From assembly GCF_030028105.1 (NCBI RefSeq), contig NC_092383.1, positions 98,417,604-98,481,603 of the forward strand: a stretch of 64,000 nt of DNA, given 5' to 3'. The position numbers and the translations under genes are program-made. The notes under the pieces are model-generated. The model had not been told where the DNA came from. It saw only the letters and a list, made by a program, of their open reading frames with translations, and did not search any database. Source of the DNA: Mobula birostris. Its lineage: Eukaryota. Positions within the stretch are counted from its first letter, which is position 1. Every line of letters starts with the position of its first letter. This document shows, piece by piece, positions 1 through 18,700 of this stretch.

Positions 1-1833
1 GACGTGAGAGAATAGGACCAATCAAGTGTGACAGTGGAAAATTGTGTCTGGAAACACAGGAGATAGCAGAGGTACTTAATGAGTACTTTGCTTCAGTATT
101 CACTATGGAAAAGGATCATGGCAATTATAGGGATGACTTACAGCGGACTGAAAAGCTTGAGCATATAGACATTAAGAAAGAGGATGTACTGGAGCTTTTG
201 GAAAGCATCAAGTTGGATAAGTTTCCGGGACCAGACGAGATGTACCCCAGGCTACTGTGGGAGGCGAAGGAGGAGATTGCTGAGCCTCTGGCAATGATCT
301 TTGCATCATCAATGGGAATGGGAGAGGTTCCGGAAGATTGGAAGGTTGCAGATGTTGTGCCCTTATTCAAGAAAGGGAGTAGAGATAGCCCAGGAAATTA
401 TAGACCCGTGAGTCTTACTTCATTGGTTGGTAAGTTGATGGAAAAGATCCTGAGAGGCAGGATTTATGAGCACTTGGAGAGACATAATATGATTAGGAAT
501 AGTCAACACGGCTTTGTCAAAGGCAGGTTATGCCTTTCGAGCCTGACTGAATTTTTTGAGGATGTGACTAAACACATTGGTGAAGGACATGTAGTGTATA
601 TGGATTTCAGCAAGGCATTTGATAAGGTACCCCATGCAAAGCTTATTGAGAAAGTAAGTAGTCATGGGATCCAAGGGGACCTTGCTTTGTGGATCCAGAA
701 TTGACTTGACCACCGAAGGCAAAGAGTGGTTGTAGACGGGTCATATTCTGCATGGAGGTAGGTGACCAGTGGTGTGCCTCAGGGATCTGTTCTGGAACCC
801 CTGAGAAACATAGAAAACCTACAGCACAATACAGGCCCTTCAGCCCACAAAGCTGTGTCGAACATGTCCTTACCTTAGATCTACCTCGGCTTACCTATAG
901 CCCTCTGTTTTTGTCTTCTCTTCTTGATTTTTTATAAATGAACTGGATGATGAAGTGGAAGGAGGGGTTAGTAATTTGCTGATGACACAAAGGTTGGGTG
1001 TGTTGTGGATAGTGTGGAGGGCAGTCAGAGGTTACAGCGGGACATTGGTAGGATGCAAAGCTGAGCTGAGAAGTGTCAGATGGAGTTCAAACCAGGTAAG
1101 TGTGAGGTGGTAAGATTCTTGGCAGTGTGGTGGATCAGAGGGATCTTGGGGTCCGAGTCCATAGGACACTCAAAGCTGCTGCGCAGGTTGACTGTGTGGT
1201 TAAGAAGGCATACGGTGTATTGTCCTTCGTCAACCGTGGGATTGAGTTTAAGAGCCAAGAGGTAATGTTACAGCTATATCGGACCCTGGTCAGACCCCAC
1301 TTGGAGTATTGTGCTCAGTTCTGCTCACCTCACAACAGGAAGGATGTGGAAACCATTGAAAGGTTGGAGAGGAGATTTACAAGGGTGTTGCCTGGATTGA
1401 GGAGCATGCCTTATGAGAATAGGTTGAGTGAACTTGGCCTTTTCTCCTTGGAGTGACGGAAGATGAGAGGTGACCGGTTAGACATGTATAAGGTGATGAG
1501 ATGTATTGGTCGTGTGGATAGTCAAGAGACTTTTTCCCAGGGCTGAAATGGCTAACAGGAGAGGGCACAGTTTTAAGGTGCTTGGAAGTAGGTACAGAGG
1601 AGATGTCAAGGGTGCGTGTTTTACGCAGAGAGTGGTGAGTGTGTGGAATGGGCTGTCAGTGACGGTAGTGGAGGCTGATACGATAAGGGTCTTTTAAGAG
1701 ACTCCCGGATAGGTACATGGAGCTCAGAAAAATAGAGGGCTATGGGTAACCCTAGGTAACTTCTAAAGTAAGAACGTGTTTGGCACAGCATTGTGGGCTG
1801 AAGGGCCTGTATTGTACTGTAGGTTTTCTATGT
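1..1833 (+). mobile_element. CR1-type LINE, ORF2 RT and 3' end, decayed (5' part outside window)
   Basis: ORF 42-704 has CR1 RT motifs ([30 protein letters not shown]); later frames give HLEYCAQF; several stops; family tail ..GTAGGTTTTCTATGT ends ~1833. Confidence 0.92.
804..914 (-). mobile_element. Short 5'-truncated CR1 3' end inserted antisense into the host CR1
   Basis: AGAAACATAGAAAACCTACAGCACAATACAGGCCCTTC is the reverse complement of the tail at ~1790-1833; it interrupts the host GSVLGP region. Confidence 0.8.
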
Positions 1834-2003
1834 CTCCACTTAATCATTGACAGGCTGAGAACCAGCTAGTTACTGAAATAATCTGATGTTTAACAAAATA
1901 AGTATGAATTAACTCCTACTAGTTTACTTGAATTTTTGTTGTACCATTTGGTTAAGTAACTCACCTGCTGACCGTCTGATTAATGTCGCCTGTCTTTGTC
2001 CAG

Positions 2004-8780
<6,777 letters not shown>

Positions 8781-8921
8781 AAACCCTTCAGGAAGATGAG
8801 CAGTTGGCTGATGCATTACTGCCGACTTCCTGTGGCGAGAACAGAGCTAGAGCTTTCCCACGTCGTTGCCACCTTCCCTTCACCAACCATGTTCTGTCTG
8901 TATGTGCCTGAATGTAAAGTA

Positions 8922-8927
8922 AATAAA
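8922..8927 (+). terminator. NDUFS2 polyadenylation signal (AATAAA)
   Basis: First AATAAA, 141 nt after the stop codon. Confidence 0.75.
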
Positions 8928-9551
8928 TGGAATATCTGAGCTTTTGGCCCATACCATTGCTGACTACATCCTCTTGCGAGTTCCCTCTGTCCAGGGCCTC
9001 TGCATTGCTAAGGGGGGGGGGGGGGCTGCAGTGCGAGGGAACTGTTCGGCTGCAGGGGGATCACAGCACCCAGCACTGCGGCTGGGAGATGTACGCTTGG
9101 TTTGTGATTGTCAGTGAGGGGAGGCTCTGGCTGGGGTCTGTTCCACAACACTGGACTGATCCTAATACTTTTACTTGTATCCCATCCCCTCAAACCAAAC
9201 CCTTCACCCCTACACTGTCCACTTAACTTTGTCCCTTCTGCCCCTCCATCACCTTTGTCTATCACTTTTCTCTATCGCCACTTCCCCGTGTTGCACCCCC
9301 CGCCCCAGACCCACTCCCTCTCATATGCTTTGTTTCTCAACCACTCTAATATTCTTCCCTCTCTACACTCCTTCCATCCACCCCTCTCTTTCAACCTGCT
9401 GCACTCCCTCTCTCAACACCTCTTCCCCCTCCCAGATTTTCAAACTGCTTCCGTCCCTCTCCCGTCTCTCTCTTGCACGCTCGCTGTCTCTCTCTCTGAC
9501 TTGCTGTTCACCCCACCCCTGTCCATCTGTCTGACCCCTCCCACCCAGCTC

Positions 9552-9628
9552 CACTTCCTGTGCTCTCGGAAGTCAGTGACACTCTGACCACACATCACTG
9601 GCTAAGCTCTCCAGTTTGTTCACTTCCT
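9552..9628 (+). promoter_or_regulatory. Putative FCER1G proximal promoter: ETS (GGAA) cluster plus RUNX motif
   Basis: CACTTCCTG 9552-9560, CGGAAGT 9567-9573, ACCACA 9587-9592, CACTTCCT 9621-9628; 87-163 nt upstream of the ATG. Confidence 0.55.
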
Positions 9629-9714
9629 CCCTGTGCACAGAAGTAACGAGCCCAACAGACAGGACGCACGGACCCTTCCAGTGCACTTGCGCTCGGCCTC
9701 CCACTCGCTGCGCC

Positions 9715-9763
9715 ATGAAGGCTATTCTTGTCCTCATCTTCCTCTTCCACTCCTCCAGAGCTG
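9715..9763 (+). CDS. FCER1G: FCER1G exon 1 (signal peptide, 49 nt)
   Basis: gccATGa Kozak context; ..GCT G|gtaag donor, phase 1. Confidence 0.88.
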
Positions 9764-12700
9764 GTAAGTTGACCATTGCCTAGGTACTGTGATAACCCTC
9801 TTACCTGATCCCCTTCTAAACCTTCCCACATTTAAAGGCTGCAGCCCTGCAACATCAAATCCTGTTATTCGAGGTGTCTGAGGAGCTCCCCAGGTCACCA
9901 GTCCCATCAGATCCTTAGCCAGGACAGCCACACCATCTCCCCCGTCTCTGAAACATATTTCACCCTCCTCTTCAATTTCCCTTTGTTCCATGCACCCTTC
10001 GTGTCTCTGTGACTGCTGTGTCATCCCTTTCTCTAGCGCCTCCAGGTCCTACATCCTTCCTTGTCCCTGAACCAACCCTATCCCCTACATTACTCCTGTC
10101 TTGCACTCCCATGCGCCTCTTTGTCTGCACCCTGCACCCTTTACTGCCTCTATAAGACCTCCGAAGCCCCCTCTGGCCCTGACACCCCTCCCTGGGAAGA
10201 ACGCAGCGAGGTCATTTTTCAGTAGTATTTGTTATACAATGCTGTGTGCAGGGTGTTTCTCTTACAAAGTACCAGTAGAGTCTGTAAATGGGAGAACTGG
10301 CCATGTATTTTATCAGTTTTATAATTTTATGGAGTGAACATGAAGCTTTGGCTAGAACTCTGGTAAACAATTGATAGGGTTGGAGTGTGGTCTTTTTACT
10401 GAATTCTGAAAGTCAAAACAGTGCTGATTAGATCTCGTAAACGTGCCTCAGTGATGCTCTTGAGGGAAATGGTGAACGGGCAGCTCTGATTAAAATGGCG
10501 GCTTGATGTTATTTTGGGTCCAGTCTGTCTTCCTGTTGTGAAATAGAGCAATGGGGCCCAGCCTCTCCCCTGCCTGAGGAGGTCTGGGAACCTGGAACCC
10601 AGCAGCTGCAGTGGGACTGAGACCCAGTTACAAGTTTCCCCAAGGAGAAGGGCTGATCTCACACTGAGCCAGCTGCCTCCGTCTCTGATACTGGAGCTGC
10701 CTTCCGGTCTCAGGACACTGAGTCCATGCCTCTGCACTTTGCAATGTATTCATCACCATTATGAGGTGCGGAAAGATGGAATCTATTTCTTGAGGTAGAA
10801 ATATCACAGATGATGAGCAATTCAGTTGAGAAGAGACAAGTAAAATGGGAAGAGTGGGGTGGGTTTTTTTTTCAGTGGGAGGTACCTTTCCTAGATCAAA
10901 ACTCTAGCAAGTACTGGCCCAGACCACCAAACATTCATACATTAACCCTCATCCCTGGGATCATTCTCATAAATGTCCTCTAGGCACTCTTCAAAGCCAC
11001 CATATTTTTTTTTTCCGATTAGATTAGAATTTTATTTCTTACATCCATCTCTCAATATGAGGGAGTAAAAAATCTTTGTTGCACTTCCATTGCTGTGTAC
11101 AAGCAATAAGGAAGGGAAACTTGGGAGGATATTGCCCAAACACTGAAACTCTATACATAATTGTTTATGTACAGTCAGGTATGTAATCAGATTAATAACT
11201 CTGATGGCCTGGTGAAAGAAACTGTCCCAGACAGGTGTTGGTCCTGGCATTAATGCTGCGGTACCATTTTCCAGATGGAAGCAGCTGAAGCAATTTGTAG
11301 TTGGGGTGGCTAGAGTCCTGATGATCCTCCAGGCCCTTTTTATGCACCTGCTGCTGTAAATGTTCTGAATAGAGGACAGTACACATCCACAGATGTGCTG
11401 GGCTGTCCGCACCACTCTCTGAAGTGTCGTGCGATTGGGGGTAGTAGAGTTCCCGTGCCAGCCAATGACACACCCAGTCAGGATGTTCTCGATGGTTCCC
11501 CTGTAGAAATTCCCGAGGATCTGGGGACTCATGCCAAACTTCAGCCGTCTGAGGTGAAAGTGGCACTGTTGTGTTTATTTCAACACACAGCTGGTGTGTA
11601 TTGCCCAGGTGAGATCATACTGTAGAAGTTGAAACTACTCATCCTCAACTACAGTCACATTGATGTATCTCCATTCCTCCTGTAATCCATGATCAACTGG
11701 TTTTTGGACATTGAGGGAGAAGTTGTTTCCGTGGCACCCCTATGTCGGCTGCAAGTTTGATCAGGCAGATTAGAGCTGTGCATGGCAACATAGTCATGGC
11801 TGTATAGGGAGTAGGGAAGGGGTTCAGGACACATCCCTGGGGGGGGGGCCTCCTGTTTTGAGGGGCAGAGGTGAGGGTGCCAATCCTTACCACCTGCTGG
11901 CGATCCAACAGAAAGTCCAAGATCCAGATGTACAAGGCGGCATGTAGGCCGAGGTTTCTGAGCTTCTTGTCAAGCCTTTGGGTAGGTCCTAAATGGATTC
12001 ACAATACTACAAATATAATGTGACCAATGCCTTAGAAAGTGTCAGCATAGCATCCTTCCTTTTATTTACAAGTGCTGAAAATAAATGCTCGTGTTGCAGT
12101 TTCCTTCCTTAACACTGACTGGTTGTGCAATTTAACCTTTAGAGAATCCTGCACAAGGGCTCCTAAGTCCTTTTGCAACTCCAATTTCTGAATTTCCTTT
12201 GGGTTTAGAAAATAGAATCAAGTTTACTATCACCAGCATGTTTTGTGTAACAGTACATTGTGATACTCAATAAAGCTATAAATTACAATACATATATATT
12301 TTTTAAAAAAATTAAGTAGTGCAAAAAGGGGGAGAGAGTACTAAAGAGGTGTTCGTGGGTTCATTGTCATCAGAAACGTGATGGTGGAGGGGGTAAAAGC
12401 TGTTCCTGAAAGGTTGGATGTGTGTCTTCAGACTCCTGTACCACCTCGATGGTAGCAATGAGAAGAGGGCATGTCCTGAGTAATGGAAGTCATTAATTGT
12501 TTTAGAGGCATCACCCTTTGGAGATGTCCTGGATGCTGAGGAGGCCGGTGCTCATGATGGAGCTGGCTGAGTTTACAGCTTCCTGCAACTCTCTTTGATC
12601 CTGTCCAGTTGCCCCTCTGTACCAGATGGTGATGCAATCAGTTAGAATGCCCTCCACAGTATATCTGTAGAAATATGGGAGTGTCTTTGGTGGTGAGGCA

Positions 12701-15700
12701 TACCAATTCTCCTGAAACTCCTAATTAAATATAGCCACTGTTGTTCCTAGTTTATAATTGCATCAATATGTTGAGCACAGGATGGATCCTCGGGAAATTG
12801 AAACTGCTCACCCCTTCCATTTCTGAACCCCGATGAGCACTGTTGTGTTTTCCCTCGACTTACTCTTCCTGATGTCTGCAATCAGTTCCTTGGTCTTACC
12901 AATGTGGAGTGCAAGGTTGTTGCTGTGATACCACTTAACCAGCTGATCTATCTCACTCCTGTACACGTTCTCGCCACCAACTGAAATTCTGCAAACAATA
13001 ATCGTCACCAACAAATTTATAAATGGCATTTAAGCTGTGCCTAGACACACAGTTGTGAGTATAGAGACTGTGGGTTAAGAACACATGCTTCAGGTGCACT
13101 AATGTTGATTGCCATCATTGGAGATGTGATTTCTAATCCACAAGGACAGCGATCTACTAGTGATTAAGTCAAGGATTCAGTTGCAGCAGTGGGTATGGAG
13201 GCCCAGGTCTTGGAGCTGTTTTCTTTGACTATGCCTTTACTCAAAGTGCATGACCATATACTTCCTTACACTGTATTCCATCTGCCACTTCTTTGACCAT
13301 TCTCATAATTTCTATAGGGAGTTTACTTCCTCCGCACTACCTGCCCCTCCACCTATCTTTGTGTCATCTGCAAACTTAGCCACAGGCCATCAATTCCATC
13401 ATCCTAATCATTGACAGAGAGCATAAAAAGTGGGCTCAATACTGACATCCCTGGAACATCACTAGTCTCAGGCAGCCAAACAGAAAAGGGCACTTTTATT
13501 CCCTTTTTGCCTTCTGCCGGTTAGCCTTTCTATCCATGCTAGTATCATTCCTGTAATACTGTGGTTTCTATCTTGTTTTGCAGTCTCATGTATGTGGCAC
13601 CTTGATAACGGCCTTCTGAAAATCCAATCAAACAAAATCCACTGAACAGCACACACAAAATGCTAGAGGAACTCAGCGGGCCAGGCGACATCTATGGAAA
13701 AGAATAAACAGTCCTCCTGATTAAGGGTCTCAGCCCAAAACATCAACTGTTTACTCTTTTCCACAAATGCTGCCTGAACCGTTGAGTTCCTCCAGCATTC
13801 TGTGTTGCTTGGATTTCCAGCATCTGCAGATTTTTTCGTCAACATCCACTGAATCTCCTTTTCTCTCCTGCCTGTTAATTCCTCAAAGAATTCCAACAGA
13901 TTTGTGAGGCAAGATTTCCCTTTAAGGAAACAATGTGGATTTCAGCCTATTTTATCACGTGTTCCCCAAAACTTCATCCTCAACAATGGACTCTAAAACT
14001 TCACCAATCAGTTAAGTCAGGCTAACTGATCTATGATTTCTTGTATTTTGCCTCAATCCTTTCTTAAAGAGTGGAATTATATTTGCAATTTTCTAGTCCC
14101 CCAGAACCATTCCTGACTCGAGCAATTCTTGAATGATTATTATGAATGCCTCCACAATCTCTTCAGTCACCTTTCAGAACCTTGGGGTGTAGTCCATCTG
14201 GTTCAGATGACTTATCTACCTTTAGACCTTTCAGCTTCCCAAGCACCTTCTCCTTGGTAATAGCAACCACACTCACTTTTGCCTCCCTTTCTCCCACCGA
14301 CTCAAATTTATGGCATATAGCTGGTGACTTTCACAGTGAAGACTTATGCATAGTAGGGACCTGTGAGTCCTTGTACAGAGCTCCCAGAAGGTTATTTCAC
14401 AGGTTGAGTCTGTGGTAAAGAAGGCAAATGCAATGTTGGCATTTATTTCAAGGGGAGTAGAATGTAAAAACAAGGAGATAATGCTGAAGCTTTGAGATAG
14501 TCACCAGGCCATTCTTGGAGTATTTTCAACAGTTTTGGGCTCCTTATCTCTGAAAAGATTGTGTTGTCATTGGTGAGAGTCCAGAGGAGATTTTCTGAGA
14601 ATGAAGGGGCTTACAAATGAGAAGCATCTGGCATCTTTGGGCCTGTACTCACTGGAATTTAGAAGAACGCATAGGGACCTCATTGAAAACTACTGAATAT
14701 TGGAAGAACTAGATAAGGTGAATGTGGAGAGAATGTTTCCTCTGGTGGGGTTATCCTGTACTAAAGGACACAGCTTCAAAATTGAGGAGTGACCTTTTAT
14801 AACAGAAGTAAGGAGGAAGTTTTGTCGCCAAAGAGTGCTGAATCTGTGGAATGCTCTGTCACAGACAATGGTTGAGGCCAAGTCCGTGGGTATATTCAAA
14901 GCGAAGTTGATAGATTAAGGGACATCAAGAGATATGTTTAGAGAGCAGATGTATGTATGGGGTTGAATGAGATCTGGGATTGATCCCATGATGGAATGAC
15001 GGAGCGGGGTTGAATGGAGTGAAGGGCTAAATGGCCTAATTCTGCCCCCATGTCTTATGGTCTTATTATTTATTCAGTTTTTCACCATTTCTTTGTTCCT
15101 CTTTACATCTTCTACAGCATCATTTTCCTTGACTCTATATATCTCTTTTTTTTAAAAAAACCTTGAGTATCCTCTTGTATAATATTTGGCTAATTTGCCT
15201 TTTGACATTTTTTTTTCCATTTTTGCTTTGGTTGTTTCTGTCACTTTTTAAAGTCTTTAATCCTCTGTTTTCCTGTTATTTTTTGTAAAATTCTATGCCC
15301 TCTTTTGCCTTTATGCTGACTTTGACTTCCCTGGTCAGCCATGCTTGCCTCAACCCCCCCCCCCCATGGAATGCTGCTTGTACATTGAGATGCATTTAGG
15401 GTTCTCAGAAACTCTAAGCCATTGCTGCTCTACTGTTATACCTGCTACTGTCCTCCCTCATCTTAGCTGACTTCCATCTTGCAAGACTGGCCAGGATTTG
15501 TGCCTCGGCATCTCTTGGATAGTGAGTTCCATAATCTGGCTCTTTGTTGGGCAACAACCTTCACCTCCACTCTCACCCTCACGAGGGTGGTAGAAGCAGC
15601 CGGAAACCATTTAGCCTTCAAGCTTTTTCCTGTTCCTCTTCAATAAATAGGCTGTCTTTCCATCCTGAGGTCAGAAGTGGGAATACTCACTAGTGATTGC

Positions 15701-18700
15701 AAAATATTCAGTCTCATTCCCACAGCAGGTGAAGCAGCCCATGCCTGCATCCAGGTAACAGTCAGACAGAGGGTGAGAAATGACAGGTAACATTCACACC
15801 ACACAAGTACCAGGCAGTGACATCGCTACCACGAGAGAGAGTCTGACCGCCTCCCCCCGACATTCCCAACGCCCAGTTCCCACCATCAGCATTCTGTGGT
15901 CTTCAGTGACCAGAAACTCAACCGGATCAGACACTGTGGCTACAGGAGCATGTCAGAGACTGGGGACCTGTGGAGAGCGACTTGCCTCCTGATAACCCAA
16001 GTCCTTTCACTCACCCACAAAGCACAAATCAGAAGTATGATGGAACACTCTCCACTTGCCTGGCTGACTGCAGCTTTAACAACTCTGCAGGTGGTCAACA
16101 CTATCCAGGATAAAGCAGCCTTTCAATTGCAAACTCGTCCACCGTCCTAACCGCGACCAAACATTTCCCTGTCCTGAAACCCGAATACTCATTTGTTCCA
16201 CCACCTGCTGCAGTGTGTACTGTTCAATAAAATGCCCCGTGTTTGTCAGAGTGGGGAATGAGATAGAGGAATTCAAAGGCCAAATGCAGACTGGACCCTG
16301 GTTTTATAAACGGGAGGAAGGGTGGGCAGCCACCTAGTTGTGAGAGGAGGGATGGTGAAGCTGACCGTTCTGTTCAGTGGTTTTGAAACAGTCGCTTACT
16401 GAACTGCCGTGTTGGTCACAGCTTGATCTGATTGGAACAGTCAAGGGGCCTCGGGAAGGGGGGGTGGCGGTGTCATCACAGTCACATCTCCTCTTCTCAC
16501 GTACTCCACCAGACCCAAAGTGAGAGATCTCATATGTGCTGTCTGAGATTACCCAGCTGATAACAGTGGGATGGTGCGCTGGCAGTCACCTCCAGGATAT
16601 GGGATAAGATAAAAACAGTGAAGCTCCCCCTACACCAGTGGTTCCCAAACCTTTTTGGGTTACCGTCCCATGGGCTCCAGACCACAGTCCAGCACCCCCT
16701 TCTCCCTCTACTGCTACTAAGCTATTAACCAATTGACTTTCGATGCACAGTGAAAGCAAATAGGAACTAGAAATTCAAAGCGGTTGCAGTTAATTGCAAA
16801 AAAAAATCATCTCTATTTATAGCTAAAAGTAATTTTAATTACAGTAAAATAATTTTCATCAACAATTTTAGAGTGTATATGTGCAGTCCAACTATTCACT
16901 ATTTTATTGCCTTTTCGCCCTACAATGAGATGGATGCGCTTGGTGCAGTAATCTCAGTTTCATGCTGAATGTCACTCAAGAGTCTTAAATCCCCACCTAT
17001 AGTAATTCACTGTTGGTTTAATTGCTTTGAAAGAAGTTGGGCGACTGCACTGAATATGATGTTGGAAAAGCAATAAACGTTTTTTTTTCACAATGCAGGA
17101 TAACATTCAAAGATTTCTTTCTGCAACCAAGAGGCTTGATATGATTCTGAACTTTGACTTCAGTTCAAAGATCAGTTTTTTTTCTCCATCCTTCCTGTTA
17201 ATTCCTCAATACAAGTGGTTTTGGAATGGATTTGTTACCGAATTTGGATCAAGAGAAGATCCTGAAATCTCACTGACATGTCTTTATGCAGTTCACCCAA
17301 GTGGACACAGTATACATGAAAATCATCTGATATCCTTTCTTTCTCTTTCAACTCAGAGAGGCTCAGAAATTGGAAAAGTTTGTGATGGCCAATGTTGCAC
17401 TTAAATAGGGTTAACTTAGGTGGAGACAACTGATTTGACTTTGATAAGATTCACGTTATTTTCTTGCAATTGAAGACTGATTTAATTAAACTTTGCCAAT
17501 AATTCTGACAAATAAGAAAAGGCATGCCTCATATTAGGTGGAGACAACTGATTTGACTTTGATAAGATTCATTTTATTTTCTTGCAATTGAAGACTGATT
17601 TAATTAAACTTTGCCAATAATTCTGACAAATAAGAAAAGGCATGCCTCATATTCTTCAGTTGACTTCTCAATTAAGTATTTGTATCTTCAAAGAATTTAT
17701 CAGTGTTTAAAGATACACACAAGCGTCTCGGGCAGTTTCCTTTTCAGAGCTATTGGACTTCTGTATGCAAGAGTAGGCGTTCATCATTCTCAATACAAAG
17801 CTCTTGAAAAATTAGCGAATTGAGAGCATTAATTAACAGCTGTGATAACAGTAATGATTTGTGCAGGTGATCATTTAGATATTTTTGCAATGAGATGTCA
17901 TCTGTGAATTATGCAGTGAATGGTAAATATGTAGAGTTTTCTGCAAGATATCAACACCTCTGTGGCATCCTGTCATTGATGGTGTCCCATCTGTTGCACT
18001 AGCAACAATGTTGGTGAACGGAATATCCTTCTCTTTAAAAATTGCTCAATAACCTAAAATATTGACTTCTAGTTCCCTTGCAAGTAACAACTCTTGATAC
18101 AATAGTCTTTTAAGAGATTCTTGGATAGGTACATGGAGCTCAGAAAAATAGAGGGCTATGGGTAACACTAGGTAATCTCTAAAGTAAGTATATGTTTGGC
18201 ACAGCATTGTGGGCCGAAGGGCCTGTATTGTGCTGTAGGTTTTCTATGTTTCAGGTTTTCATCCTTTATGAAGCGAGAAAACCAAGAAGCAAAGATTCAT
18301 TGCCTGGCAAAGCTGACTGGTCCAATTGCAGAGCAAATTCTGTATATTGCACAGCACAATTTGTCTTCCACATTCTCAAATGTTTCATCTATTTCTCTTT
18401 GAAGAGTTGTCACTGAGCAGAATTGTTTGGTCTGATGATTTATGGAAAACAGCACTCTGAACTTTCTACATCAGTTTGTCTCCAATCGTATAGGGCTTTC
18501 CAGATTTGGCAATGAGCAATGGAATTTTGTACAAAGCACACAAACTCTCATTGTCATTGTGAAGTGCTGGCAAATATGGTTTCAAGTGTTTTCTGTTTCT
18601 GAAAGGTTTCGTGAAGTGACTGAACATAAGCCAAGTTCTTGTTTGCTTTATCAGGGTCTATCCTCTTCAAATGTTCAAAGAGCCTGGACGGTTTCATTGC

